The position numbers and the translations under genes are program-made. DNA of 63,737 nt from Candidatus Odyssella sp. (GTDB taxonomy: Bacteria > Pseudomonadota > Alphaproteobacteria > Paracaedibacterales > CAITNM01): contig DYTB01000005.1 in assembly GCA_020726185.1 (NCBI GenBank), positions 1 to 63,737 on the forward strand, given 5' to 3'. A model generated the notes under the pieces. The model did not search any database. It saw only the letters and a list, made by a program, of their open reading frames with translations, and was not told the DNA's origin. Each line of letters begins with the position of its first letter. Position 1 is the first letter of the stretch. This document shows, piece by piece, positions 1-10,166 of this stretch.

Positions 1-379
1 AATCTTGAAAAACTACTCAAACCCTTCTTATCGTTCTTTAGTTAAGTGTCTCTAAAAAATTTATATATATAAGTCTAATTGCTGTATTTAACGTTAGCAT
101 CTGCAAAGAAATAGGTACTTTATCACTCCTAGAAATCCATACTTTAAGATCAGATAAATTAAAAAAAAGCAGACTGTTCTACAGCAAAAAAAATTTACTA
201 AGGCTATTTGGTAAGAATGCAATTTTTCTAGTAAATGACGCCGCAGATATGGCAAATAGAGTAGGATGCGATAAAAGTATGCAGACAGCGACAAGACGTA
301 TTTTAGGAAAAAAAGCAAAAAAATCCAGCAATGCAATAACTGCTGCATGCGAATCTAAAAACAGAGAAAAATGAATTAA

Positions 380-979
380 CTAATCTATCTTAAAAACAGA
401 TGGATCGATTTTAATCGCCATATGAGTTTTATCGGGGTTTAAGTACACATTTGTTACTGATCCATCTGGGTTTTGAATGGCCCACCCCATTAAAACCATA
501 ACAGGATTAGGCCTAAAATATAAAACTACCGGGACAGACCCAACTGGACTTTCGTAATTTAAAGAAAGCTGCCAAAGATCCTTTATTGATGTTAAACTTT
601 TGACAACAATACCTTTGCTTTCGAAATCAATTTTAGGGCACAAAAGAATACCTGCTGGTGTATCATCAGTCATGTATTCTTGAGGGCGTTCATTTTCTTG
701 TCGCACAACTAACGTGCCCTTTTTTGCCACCATAAAGCTTTTTCCGTAGTTAATACGCAATAGGCCATTTCCACGATCAAGCCAAATTTTTCCTTCATGA
801 CGCTCCGCAGGAACCTGCTTATTTCCTGAATCAATATCCATCTTTATATCAGCCTCAAGGCTAATCATGGAGCTTAAAAAGTCTTCGATTTTCTTTAATT
901 TAATACCATCAATAGAAGATGGTGCATCTGCAAAAATAGCACTGAAAAATAAAAATGACACAAACAGAAAAAATCGCAT
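380..979 (-). CDS. lolA: LolA-like outer-membrane lipoprotein carrier protein
   Basis: 199 aa with signal peptide; GKIWLDRGNGLLRINY resembles the LolA G-x-x-x-x-x-RPG-x-x-R-x-x-Y segment; recognised by eye. Confidence 0.6.
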   Translation of the reverse strand: MRFFLFVSFLFFSAIFADAPSSIDGIKLKKIEDFLSSMISLEADIKMDIDSGNKQVPAERHEGKIWLDRGNGLLRINYGKSFMVAKKGTLVVRQENERPQEYMTDDTPAGILLCPKIDFESKGIVVKSLTSIKDLWQLSLNYESPVGSVPVVLYFRPNPVMVLMGWAIQNPDGSVTNVYLNPDKTHMAIKIDPSVFKID

Positions 980-994
980 ATTTATCTCATGGTT

Positions 995-2371
995 TTATAA
1001 ATAATATGGGCGAATAGAGAATAACTTCTCAATCTTATGAACAGATTCTTTTTGAGTCACAATAATAAGCTTATCATTTGCACTGATATTCATACGATCA
1101 GGCAAAAAATGTAAGGTATCTTCACGTATCAGCGCCACAACCATAATTTCTGAAGCAATAGTAACATCTTCAATATCAAGGCCAATAATGTGACTGGTTT
1201 CTCTTGCGCGCGCTTCAATAACAACGACATTTCCTTCAGCTATGGGGTGTATGCTTTGTAAATTGCCTTCCCTAACATGTCTCAATATAGTAGACACAGT
1301 CAAAGCCTTGGGACTGATTACAGCATCAACCCCCAAAGATGTAACCATTGAGGCATACTGCATGTTATTTAAAAGAGCCAATGAACGCTTAGCTCCATGC
1401 CGCTTACTAATTAAAGATGATAGTATGTTAACCTTATCATCATTACTGACAGCAATAACTGTTTCACAATTTTCAATATTAGCCTCTTGAAGCAAATCAT
1501 AATCTAAAGCATCACCGTATAAAATTTCTGTGCGCTTTAAAAAGCGTGCAATTTGTTCGCAACGCTTTGGATCTTTTTCAATAATACGCGCGTGAACATT
1601 GCGATATTCTTTTTCCATACCAATAGCAAGGTTTAATCCAATATTTCCCCCTCCTACAATTAGAATTTCTCGGCTTTCAGATGTTGAATATCCAAAGGTC
1701 TCCATAATTTCATTAAGCTGCTCTCGTGGCGCAATAACATACACTTCGTCGTCAACCAAGAGATGATCACGTGACGAAGGAAAAATAATTTGCTCTTCCC
1801 GTTTTATAAGAACGATTGCCAAATCAAGGTTAGGGTACAGTGAACTAATGTGTTTTATAGGTGTATTTACAATACCTGAATGAGCTAAACACCGAACTCC
1901 AATAAGTTTAAGAGACTCATCAACCAAAGAAATAACATCAAAGGCACCAGGAACACGCAGATTTCTGCTAATTGTTTGAGCAACCTCAACTTCCGGCGAA
2001 ATGATCACGTCAATGGTCGATTGTTTTAATGCTAACATTTCAGACCAAGCAGAATGTAAATAATTTTGATGTCGCACTCGTGCTATTTTCATAGGAACAT
2101 TAAATAGATTTTTTGCAACCTCACAAGCAATCATGTTTACTTCGTCCGAAGAGGTAACTGCAATAATCAAATCAGCTTCTTTAGCGCCTGCCCGATCAAG
2201 CACATCGGGGTGAGATGCAAATCCAAGAATCGGCTGAACATCTAGTTTGTCAGAAATTATATCAAGAACTTGGGGAGAATTATCAACAACAGTAATATGA
2301 TTTTGTTCTTGCACTAAATAGCGCGCAATACTAAATCCTACCTGACCTGCACCAAGTATAATTACCTTCAC
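995..2371 (-). CDS. trkA: Trk potassium uptake NAD-binding subunit
   Basis: 458 aa; two RCK Rossmann motifs (IILGAGQVG, IVGGGNIG); downstream of ntrX as usual in Alphaproteobacteria. Confidence 0.95.
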   Translation of the reverse strand: MKVIILGAGQVGFSIARYLVQEQNHITVVDNSPQVLDIISDKLDVQPILGFASHPDVLDRAGAKEADLIIAVTSSDEVNMIACEVAKNLFNVPMKIARVRHQNYLHSAWSEMLALKQSTIDVIISPEVEVAQTISRNLRVPGAFDVISLVDESLKLIGVRCLAHSGIVNTPIKHISSLYPNLDLAIVLIKREEQIIFPSSRDHLLVDDEVYVIAPREQLNEIMETFGYSTSESREILIVGGGNIGLNLAIGMEKEYRNVHARIIEKDPKRCEQIARFLKRTEILYGDALDYDLLQEANIENCETVIAVSNDDKVNILSSLISKRHGAKRSLALLNNMQYASMVTSLGVDAVISPKALTVSTILRHVREGNLQSIHPIAEGNVVVIEARARETSHIIGLDIEDVTIASEIMVVALIREDTLHFLPDRMNISANDKLIIVTQKESVHKIEKLFSIRPYYL

Positions 2372-2374
2372 TTT

Positions 2375-3766
2375 TTAACCTTCACGATAATCACTAACAC
2401 CTAAAGCACGTAATTTTCTGTGTAATGCAGACCTTTCCATGCCTATAAATCTAGCTGTCTGTGAAATATTTCCATCAAAGCGCTGAATTTGAGCAAGCAA
2501 ATATTTTCGCTCAAAAGTCTCTCTGGCTTCACGTAAGGGAAGCACAATAATATCTGCAGATTTTTGTTGCCAATTATTTCCAAGAGGGGCATCGTTTTGA
2601 ATTTCAGGAGGAAGCATTTCAGGAGTTATGGCACTTGCTGGATCTCCTCCCGCCATAATCAACAACCATTCAACAACATTCTTAAGCTGAACAATATTGC
2701 CAGGCCAGCCATACGTCTGCAAAACTGTTAAGGATGAATCATCAATTTTTCTAGGCATGGAGCAACGGCTTTTTGCCATACTGTCCATAAAATAAGAAAT
2801 TAACAACGGGATATCACTAGCCCTCTCTTTTAATGAAGGAAGGCGAATATGATTTGCTGTAAAACGATAATACAAATCCTCTCGTAAATTCCCATTTTGA
2901 ACAAGATCATTTAAATTTTCAGATGTGCTTGCAAAATAGCGAATATCAACCTTAATTGGATCTTTTGACCCCAATCTAAAAAATGTTCCGTCCTGCAAAA
3001 GCCTGACTATCTTACCTTGAATAGGCAAAGGTAAAAGCTGAATTTCTTCTAGATACAGCGTACCGCCATGCGTTTTTTCAACAATTCCAATTTTACGAGG
3101 CTCACTTTGGTTTTGCCCCTGAATCTCAGTACCAAAAAGTTCTGCTTCAATAGCCGTAGGATGAATGCTACCGCAATTAAATACTGTAAAAGGAAGGTTA
3201 GTCCTTTTTGAAAGCCGATGTATTTCTCGGGCAACGCTCTCTTTTCCAGTGCCAGCTTGACCTGTGATAAACGCTCTACTATTCCCTTCAGCTATTTCAT
3301 CAATGAGATGGCGAATCTGTTCAATAACTAAACTTTTTCCGATAAGTCCTGAGCTTCCGGCACGTTGACGCAATTCATCATTTTCACGTTTCAGCGAAGC
3401 TGATTCAATTGCGCGCTCAACAACCATAAGAAGACGCTCAGTTTTAAAGGGTTTTTCGATAAAATCGTATGCCCCTTTTTTTATAGCAGAAACGGCTGTT
3501 TCAATAGTGCTGTGCCCACTAATCATAACAGTTGGCACATACGGGTGATCACGTTTAATAATCTCTAAAATTTTTAGACCATCACGCTCCCCATCACCTA
3601 GCCACACATCAAGTATTACCAAATTTGGCTGACGTTTCCTTATTTCTTCCAGCGCCTGCACACCATCAGCTGCCACACGACAATTGTAGTCTTCATCGCT
3701 TAAAATACCGCCAATCAGTTCGCGAATATCTTTCTCATCATCTACAACTAAAATATCAAACGCCAT
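2375..3766 (-). CDS. ntrX: Sigma54-type response regulator NtrX
   Basis: Receiver domain (ILVVDDE, LDVW), AAA+ domain (GTGKE, ELFG), C-terminal HTH (RSALHRKL); pairs with ntrY. Confidence 0.9.
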   Translation of the reverse strand: MAFDILVVDDEKDIRELIGGILSDEDYNCRVAADGVQALEEIRKRQPNLVILDVWLGDGERDGLKILEIIKRDHPYVPTVMISGHSTIETAVSAIKKGAYDFIEKPFKTERLLMVVERAIESASLKRENDELRQRAGSSGLIGKSLVIEQIRHLIDEIAEGNSRAFITGQAGTGKESVAREIHRLSKRTNLPFTVFNCGSIHPTAIEAELFGTEIQGQNQSEPRKIGIVEKTHGGTLYLEEIQLLPLPIQGKIVRLLQDGTFFRLGSKDPIKVDIRYFASTSENLNDLVQNGNLREDLYYRFTANHIRLPSLKERASDIPLLISYFMDSMAKSRCSMPRKIDDSSLTVLQTYGWPGNIVQLKNVVEWLLIMAGGDPASAITPEMLPPEIQNDAPLGNNWQQKSADIIVLPLREARETFERKYLLAQIQRFDGNISQTARFIGMERSALHRKLRALGVSDYREG

Positions 3767-5663
3767 GGTATTCCTTTTTTGAATAAGAGAACTCTAAAAT
3801 AACTTTCGCACCCGCTTGGTTATCGTTGTCTTTAAATTCTACATTCCCATTGTGATCCATTGCAATTTTAGAAACAATCGCTAAACCTAATCCTGTACCT
3901 TTTTCACGAGTTGTGTAATAAGGCTCAATTAAGCGCTCACGATTTTCTTTTTCAAATCCAGGACCATTATCTTGTATGATCATATAAAAATGTTTGTCTT
4001 CAAGCAACAATCTTATTGAAATTAAAGGTTTTAAAACTTTATTTTCTTCAACAGCATTGACTGCGTTTTGCAAAATATTTGTTAGCAACTGGCTTATTTG
4101 CTGACTGTCACAGCTCCAAAGAAAATTCTCAGGCCCCTTAAACTCAAATGTAATATGCGGATACGCTTGAATTTGCAATTCCATTGCCTGTTTGCATAAA
4201 TCAACAAGATCTTCTTCTTGTATATTTGGTTCTGGCATTCTGGCAAAAGATGAAAATTCATTCACAAGATTGCCAATGTGATTTACCTGACGAATAATCG
4301 TGTCGATACAGTTTTGAAAAGTATCTGGGTCATTTTCAATTTGCTTTAAGTATTTACGTTTTAATCGCTCTGCTGAAAGCTGTATTGGAGTCAGTGGATT
4401 TTTAATTTCATGCGCAATTTTACGCGCAACATCGGCCCATGCAGCTTTTCTCTGATTAAAAGCAAGCTCTTCATTCTGCTTTTTTAATCGGTGTGTCATG
4501 TGATTAAACGCACCTATTAGATTATCAATTTCATTATTTAAAGGCTTATTTGTAATATGCACATTCAAATCACCATGACTTACTTTATGTGCTGCCTCAA
4601 TGAGTTTTGATATAGGAGAAAAAAGTGCATTAGCTAATGACAACCCCATCCAAGCAGAGGCCAAAATCAGAACCAGCACTAAAATTGCAAAAAATGCCAG
4701 AAAAGTTAATTGAATATCCCCTTGCTGAAGCTCAAGCATCGAATATGCTGTAACAGCCCCTTTTGCCTTATCCATTGCTTTAGTAACGTCTTCAGAAACA
4801 GTTTTTCCAATGAATAAATATGTATCACTAACCGGATCCAATTGTATTAGCGCACGAACCTTGTCCTTGTGAGTAAACAAAACAATTTCACCTTCTTTGG
4901 CTTTTGCTAGATCTTGCAAGGTTATATTTTCAAATGCCAATGCAAAGGTAAAATAGGATTTTGCAATAATGTTAAGCAGCCCATCAAAAACAAGAACCTC
5001 ATTCAGACCTCGTTGCTCTGAGTGCTGAGTCAAAAGAAGATTGAAATCTTCAGTATTTTGAATAAGCATTGAAGCAACAGGGCGTAGTTGCATAACCATA
5101 CTCATTCCATCAATACGAATAGTTTTTTGGTTTTCCTTAATGTAGTTTTCAGCGATTTCTGTTGCAGCATTAATAGTGGTTTTAAAGGGCTCTGTAAAAA
5201 GTGATTTTATCGATGAATTAAAAAAGAAAGTAGAGAACACAGAAATGCCAACAGCAGGAAGAAGACAAGTTATGGCTAAAACCATAACTAAATGAAGATG
5301 TAACTTGATGCCACGAATTCCTCGTTTACGATCTAACCATAAAATAATGACACGCCGAATAATAAAAATAGCCATCAATACTAGCAAGCCAAGATTGATA
5401 TAGAGATAGGGAAGCACAGCTGTTGCTCTTAAAACACCTGATCCGAGACGCATAACCCAAAGTGTTGCAACACATGAGCAAAGGGCAAGCGCCATGACTA
5501 TGTATTGTGATGTTCTTGCTATATTGTCACGGCCCAGGAACTGAACAATACGATCTGTAAGTGATGATGTTTCTGTTATCATTTGCTCTTTAATAAAATA
5601 AAAATTAGACAAAATACATCTTCGATGCGGCTTCAGAACAATATCCTCATGAAAAAGTATCAC
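3756..5663 (-). CDS. ntrY: Sensor histidine kinase NtrY (start uncertain)
   Basis: TM segments, HAMP, H-box AWADVARKIAHEIKNPLTP, G boxes DNGPG and GTGLGL. Confidence 0.85.
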   Translation of the reverse strand: MILFHEDIVLKPHRRCILSNFYFIKEQMITETSSLTDRIVQFLGRDNIARTSQYIVMALALCSCVATLWVMRLGSGVLRATAVLPYLYINLGLLVLMAIFIIRRVIILWLDRKRGIRGIKLHLHLVMVLAITCLLPAVGISVFSTFFFNSSIKSLFTEPFKTTINAATEIAENYIKENQKTIRIDGMSMVMQLRPVASMLIQNTEDFNLLLTQHSEQRGLNEVLVFDGLLNIIAKSYFTFALAFENITLQDLAKAKEGEIVLFTHKDKVRALIQLDPVSDTYLFIGKTVSEDVTKAMDKAKGAVTAYSMLELQQGDIQLTFLAFFAILVLVLILASAWMGLSLANALFSPISKLIEAAHKVSHGDLNVHITNKPLNNEIDNLIGAFNHMTHRLKKQNEELAFNQRKAAWADVARKIAHEIKNPLTPIQLSAERLKRKYLKQIENDPDTFQNCIDTIIRQVNHIGNLVNEFSSFARMPEPNIQEEDLVDLCKQAMELQIQAYPHITFEFKGPENFLWSCDSQQISQLLTNILQNAVNAVEENKVLKPLISIRLLLEDKHFYMIIQDNGPGFEKENRERLIEPYYTTREKGTGLGLAIVSKIAMDHNGNVEFKDNDNQAGAKVILEFSYSKKEYHGV

Positions 5664-5692
5664 ACAAGAAGCGCATTAATGAAACGAAGTTT

Positions 5693-6730
5693 GTGCACAA
5701 TGATAAAAGATATAGCACACAGAAAGTTGATCTTGTACTTATTTTCATTAATAATAAAATTCAGAGATCAAAACTAACAAGCGAGAACTTAATTTTGCTT
5801 CTTAAATTTGCTTTGTGTATTTTAGTTTTTTGCATAAAAGCTCACTCAAAAAATTCTGATAATACAAATATAGACACTGAAGAACCGAGCTGCGCAACTA
5901 GCAGCACCATCAGCAAACCAAGAAATTATCAAGTTTTTCTTGAAAATTTTACTCAAAGTACCAAACGAGCCTGCTTATCTCTTGCTTTTGACATACCGAC
6001 TATTCTTCGGCAAGTCACTGGATCATCTTACAAGAACATTGCTAATGATTTGTTTAACAAGAAAATTCCTTACATTGGTCTTTTAAGCGTTCATAGCGCA
6101 GAAACATTTCTCAGATCACAGGTAATTTATTCTCTGTATTTGACGGTTACACCTCAAGCAAAAGTGTTAATGCCTGACTTATCAAAGGAATACCCATTAA
6201 TTCCACAGTTATGTGCAACGGCCATTATAGCTGGGAGCGATGTGATCTGCATGAATCCCTTTGAACGCATAAAGGTGTGCCTTTTAAATAAAAGAGATAT
6301 TCCGTTCTTTGATACAAAAATTAATTGGGCACAGTTTTGGAAAAGTAGAGAATGGCTTTTTACGGGAGGAACACTAACCTTTCAAACCAGCTTTGTGCAT
6401 GTCGGCACTTTTTTAGCGCTAAAGAATTATATAAGCCCTTTAGTAGTAAAGGGCGAAACTCCCAGTTTTTATGAATCTCTCCAGATGGGGGCCGTAATTA
6501 CCTGTGCCCAAACTGCCATCACATACCCATTACTGACATTTAGAGCAAGATTACACGATCAACAAGCAGAGTTATTCAATGCTGGCAAAAAGAGAATTTC
6601 CACTTCGCGTTTTTTTTATGAATTTTACAAAAAAAACAGATTGTTTCTTTTATACTCAGGCACATATTCGCGTTTAATGCGTGGCTTCGTGATAGCAGCT
6701 CAAGATGCTTCAGCTCTTCATAACAAGTAG
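5693..6730 (+). CDS. Mitochondrial carrier family (SLC25)-like protein; start may be TTG at 5795
   Basis: Three-repeat pattern: NPFERIKVCL fits Px[DE]xx[KR]; degenerate YPLLTFRARL and AFDIPTILRQ; even-helix motifs WLFTG and LLYSGTYSRLMRG. Confidence 0.7.
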   Translation: MHNDKRYSTQKVDLVLIFINNKIQRSKLTSENLILLLKFALCILVFCIKAHSKNSDNTNIDTEEPSCATSSTISKPRNYQVFLENFTQSTKRACLSLAFDIPTILRQVTGSSYKNIANDLFNKKIPYIGLLSVHSAETFLRSQVIYSLYLTVTPQAKVLMPDLSKEYPLIPQLCATAIIAGSDVICMNPFERIKVCLLNKRDIPFFDTKINWAQFWKSREWLFTGGTLTFQTSFVHVGTFLALKNYISPLVVKGETPSFYESLQMGAVITCAQTAITYPLLTFRARLHDQQAELFNAGKKRISTSRFFYEFYKKNRLFLLYSGTYSRLMRGFVIAAQDASALHNK

Positions 6731-6797
6731 AATATTAGCACTGGATTAATCGATAGATATTTGATACTTTGATCACACCTAGATAATGTGAAATTAA

Positions 6798-7646
6798 ATG
6801 AACACAGACAAATGTTTATCGTTCTATTTAAACAATGGCACTTTAAAAGGACATTTTTGCAGATTAACCCATTCGACCGCAGAAGCGCTGAAAAATCATA
6901 ACTATCCTAAAAAAATAAACAAACTTTTGGCAGAAATGACCGCGATCTCGCAGTGCTTCACAATGGACGTAAAGTCAGACACACAAGCAACCATGCAATT
7001 AACAGGAACATCTCCTGTTAAGTTGGCTCTTGTTAACTCAAGAAATTGCGAATCTTTCAGATGCTGCGCAACTCTTGATTCAGCATCTGAAGCAGATCTT
7101 GAAGAACTATCAGTGCCTCAACTTTTTGGTCAAAAAGGCATGTTAGTTTTCACAATTGATTTTGAAAACCAGCATTACCAGACCATCATAGAACTGAGCG
7201 CTTCAAATTTACAGGAATGCTTTCAGCACTATTTTATTCAGTCTCAACAAATTCCGACGATTGTTATGCTGTGCAGCTCTGATGAAGAAAACAATATCTC
7301 TAGTGCTGCCCTGATTTTGCAGCGCATTCCAGCGACCCGTGATACAGATAGTGCTGAAGAAAACGACGTATGGCTAGAAGCATCTTGCCTTGCTTCGACA
7401 GTAAAGCATAAGGAATTACTAAATTCTGACCTGCCATTGGAAAAATTCATAAATTTAGTTTTCGGAAGTCTAACTCCAATTGTTTCACGTGAAACACACC
7501 TGACTTTTAAGTGCACGTGTAACCACGAAAAAATTGTTAGTATTGTTAAAAATCTTGATGGTCAGAATCCAGATAGAGAAATAGATGTTATTTGCGAGTA
7601 CTGCAATAAAAAATACACTATAGACAAAAAGGAAATTGATTCATAA
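6798..7646 (+). CDS. hslO: Hsp33 redox-regulated chaperone
   Basis: 282 aa; C-terminal zinc motif CTC...CEYC. Confidence 0.9.
   Translation: MNTDKCLSFYLNNGTLKGHFCRLTHSTAEALKNHNYPKKINKLLAEMTAISQCFTMDVKSDTQATMQLTGTSPVKLALVNSRNCESFRCCATLDSASEADLEELSVPQLFGQKGMLVFTIDFENQHYQTIIELSASNLQECFQHYFIQSQQIPTIVMLCSSDEENNISSAALILQRIPATRDTDSAEENDVWLEASCLASTVKHKELLNSDLPLEKFINLVFGSLTPIVSRETHLTFKCTCNHEKIVSIVKNLDGQNPDREIDVICEYCNKKYTIDKKEIDS
7481..7496. promoter_or_regulatory. parS centromere site inside hslO
   Basis: Perfect palindrome TGTTTCACGTGAAACA, translated as VSRET. Confidence 0.85.
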
Positions 7647-7692
7647 GATTGAGAGATAGTTAAAATATCTTTCTTTTATAGAAAAATCTAAA

Positions 7693-8262
7693 ATGAGCCC
7701 TGAAATATTTTTGCCCTTTATCGCCGAATTAATAAAATGGAACAAATCAATAAATCTAATACATGACGATACGATAAAAAATATTCATAGTCGTCACATA
7801 CTTGATTCCTTACAACTATCGTCATTCGTGGACTACAGCAAAGACATTATAATAGACATAGGAAGCGGTGCTGGCTTACCAGGAATGATATTAGCAATTG
7901 ATGGAGCTAGTAATGTACATCTAATTGAACCGACCAGCAAAAAAAATGTATTTCTGAACCATGTAAAAAATCTATACAGGCTACCTGTTACCATTCACGA
8001 GTGTGGCTGGAAAGATGTAAAAATACACAATGCAACAGTCGTGACAAGCCGAGCATTTTCATCCTTAAATAACTTGCTAGAGGCAATGGTATTTGTTTCA
8101 CGTGAAACAATAGATGCGCGCGGAATATTCTTAAAGGGTGAAAAAATAGAGGAGGAAATTGCCGAAGCAAAGAATAATTGGAACTTTCAATACGAACTTT
8201 CTCAAAATACAATTCATGAAAACGGCTTCATCATAAAAGTTTGGAATGTGTGTAAAAAATGA
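7693..8262 (+). CDS. rsmG: 16S rRNA m7G527 methyltransferase
   Basis: HILDSLQL, DIGSGAGLPG, SRAF motifs; directly upstream of parA. Confidence 0.9.
   Translation: MSPEIFLPFIAELIKWNKSINLIHDDTIKNIHSRHILDSLQLSSFVDYSKDIIIDIGSGAGLPGMILAIDGASNVHLIEPTSKKNVFLNHVKNLYRLPVTIHECGWKDVKIHNATVVTSRAFSSLNNLLEAMVFVSRETIDARGIFLKGEKIEEEIAEAKNNWNFQYELSQNTIHENGFIIKVWNVCKK
8094..8109. promoter_or_regulatory. parS centromere site inside rsmG
   Basis: Perfect palindrome TGTTTCACGTGAAACA, translated as VSRET. Confidence 0.85.
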
Positions 8263-9029
8263 CAGCAAAAATTATTATGTTCGGAAATCAAAAGGGAGGG
8301 GTTGGCAAAACAACTACAGCTGTAAATATGGCAACCATCATTGCAGCTTCTCAATTTAAAACTTTGCTTATTGATTTTGACCCACAAGGGAATAGCACTT
8401 CAGGAGTAAACGGAAACAAAAAAAGTCTTGGCTCTTATGATTGGATGGCCGGTCAGTCAGGCAATCCAATTCAGAGCACTTACATTCCTCACCTAGATTT
8501 AATTAGTGCAAATATGGATTTGGCAGCAGCAGATATTGAGCTACTACAGATACAAAATCGAGAATTTGTTTTGCATAATAAAGTTTTAGAGCTCAAAGAA
8601 AAATATGACTATATTCTTATTGATTGCCCGCCTTCCTTAGGGCTTCTTACGGTCAATGCGCTAACAGCAAGTACACATATAGTTATCCCTATGCAGTGCG
8701 AATACTATGCATTAGAAGGAATAACTCACATTATGCAGATCATTCAGCGAATTCAGGGAGGCTTAAATCCTAAGTTACAATTATTAGGAATTCTTTTAAC
8801 TATGTATGACAAGCGAAGCACGCTCAACCAGCAAATCGCAAACGATATTCGCTTTCATTTTCAGCAAAATGTGTTCACGGCTGTAATACCAAGGAATGTT
8901 AAGATTGCTGAAGCACCATCCCACGGAAAGCCAATTATTTTATACGACGTAAAAAGCACCGGCGCCATATCATACATGGATGCAACAAAAGAACTGCTAC
9001 AACGCATACACACACAAAAGGCGGCATAG
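8259..9029 (+). CDS. parA: Chromosome partitioning ATPase
   Basis: NQKGGVGKTTT deviant Walker A; DCPPSLG; EAPSHG. Confidence 0.95.
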   Translation: MTAKIIMFGNQKGGVGKTTTAVNMATIIAASQFKTLLIDFDPQGNSTSGVNGNKKSLGSYDWMAGQSGNPIQSTYIPHLDLISANMDLAAADIELLQIQNREFVLHNKVLELKEKYDYILIDCPPSLGLLTVNALTASTHIVIPMQCEYYALEGITHIMQIIQRIQGGLNPKLQLLGILLTMYDKRSTLNQQIANDIRFHFQQNVFTAVIPRNVKIAEAPSHGKPIILYDVKSTGAISYMDATKELLQRIHTQKAA

Positions 9030-9031
9030 AA

Positions 9032-9886
9032 ATGATACCCACTAGACCAACTCTCGGAAAAGGTCTCGCAGCATTATTAGGCGAAGTAAATATTCCACAT
9101 GCACAGCAGACACCACAGTCTATTGATGTAACTTCAATTCAAGCTGGGCGCAATCAGCCACGCCAAGAATTTTCTCAAGAAGAATTGTCAGATTTAGTTT
9201 TATCTGTTCAACGAAAAGGAATATTGCAGCCTCTACTCGTTAGGCAAATTCAAGCTGGTCGCTTTGAAATAATAGCCGGAGAAAGAAGGTGGAGAGCAGC
9301 AAAGCTTGCAAACCTGGAACGAGTGCCAGTTGTTATTATTAACTGCAACGACCAAGAAGCATTGGAAATAGGACTTATAGAAAATCTTCAACGACATGAT
9401 CTTAATCCAGTTGAAGAAAGCGAAGCTATAAAAAGGTTACAGGGTGAATTCAATCTAACACAGGAGCAAATCGCTAGCAGCATAGGCAAGAGTCGAAGCT
9501 ATGTAGCTAATATGATGCGTCTAAGTGCTTTGTCACCACAAATAAAAGCACTAATCCGAGAGAGCAAATTAAGCGCTGGTCATGCACGGGCAATCATTAC
9601 TTCAGACACCCCAGATGAGCTAGTTGAGCAAATTTTACAAGAAAAACTTAGCGTACGTGATACAGAGCAGCTAGTTAAAAAGCAAAAAAAACTTAAATTG
9701 CCAGAGCAAAAAATTGCCAAAGAATTTTCAAGTCCGATTGATTCTGACATTGAGTCCATAACATCGCAATTAAGTGAAACTTTAGATATGAAAGTAAATT
9801 TAGCTATTAAAGGAGAAGCTGGGGCACTCACAATCCATTTTAAAAATTTATCGCAGCTAGATAAGCTTTTAGAGATTTTGCAATAA
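9032..9886 (+). CDS. parB: Chromosome partitioning protein ParB/Spo0J
   Basis: LGKGLAALL, QPR, IIAGERRWRAA, ENLQR motifs. Confidence 0.95.
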   Translation: MIPTRPTLGKGLAALLGEVNIPHAQQTPQSIDVTSIQAGRNQPRQEFSQEELSDLVLSVQRKGILQPLLVRQIQAGRFEIIAGERRWRAAKLANLERVPVVIINCNDQEALEIGLIENLQRHDLNPVEESEAIKRLQGEFNLTQEQIASSIGKSRSYVANMMRLSALSPQIKALIRESKLSAGHARAIITSDTPDELVEQILQEKLSVRDTEQLVKKQKKLKLPEQKIAKEFSSPIDSDIESITSQLSETLDMKVNLAIKGEAGALTIHFKNLSQLDKLLEILQ

Positions 9887-9891
9887 AAAAA

Positions 9892-9977
9892 TGGTGGAAG
9901 GGGTAGGGTTCGAACCTACGTAGACATCCGTCGGCAGATTTACAGTCTGCTGCCTTTAACCACTCGGCCACCCTTCC
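9892..9977 (-). tRNA. tRNA-Tyr (GTA)
   Basis: Acceptor GGAAGGG/CCCTTCC-A-CCA; anticodon arm GCAGA-CTGTAAA-TCTGC; long variable arm; T-arm GTAGG-TTCGAAC-CCTAC. Confidence 0.95.
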
Positions 9978-9989
9978 AAAGGTGTGACC

Positions 9990-10018
9990 ACAATAAGAAA
10001 TTTTAAGCCAACAGTCAA
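9990..10018 (-). promoter_or_regulatory. Sigma70-type promoter for tRNA-Tyr
   Basis: TTGACT-N17-TATTGT on the minus strand, 12 nt before the tRNA 5' end. Confidence 0.55.
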
Positions 10019-10109
10019 ATAAAAACGTTATTTTAGTAAGCAGATTCTACTGCAAAACAGAAAAGCACCTAAGTTTTTCAGAGCAATAACTTTCTTTTAA
10101 AGGAATTTC

Positions 10110-10138
10110 TTGCCATTCGCTATAAAAGTTCGCATAAT
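10110..10138 (+). promoter_or_regulatory. Sigma70-type promoter for the T6SS operon
   Basis: TTGCCA-N17-CATAAT, 28 nt upstream of the tssK ATG. Confidence 0.55.
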
Positions 10139-10166
10139 TTTACTAAGATACTCTTATTAAAGCACT

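Noticed and set aside
42-374. Open frames at the window start (track ORF 94-348 minus; an unlisted plus frame 42-374)
   Set aside because: No recognisable motif; the plus frame has no canonical start near its beginning; cannot decide from sequence alone
5693-6730. Rickettsial/chlamydial Npt (TLC) ATP/ADP translocase
   Set aside because: Npt proteins are about 500 aa MFS-type; this one is shorter and shows SLC25-type signatures
9892-9977. tRNA-Tyr as an ochre suppressor or as an integration site for the T6SS
   Set aside because: Anticodon is normal GTA; no duplicated 3' end or integrase nearby
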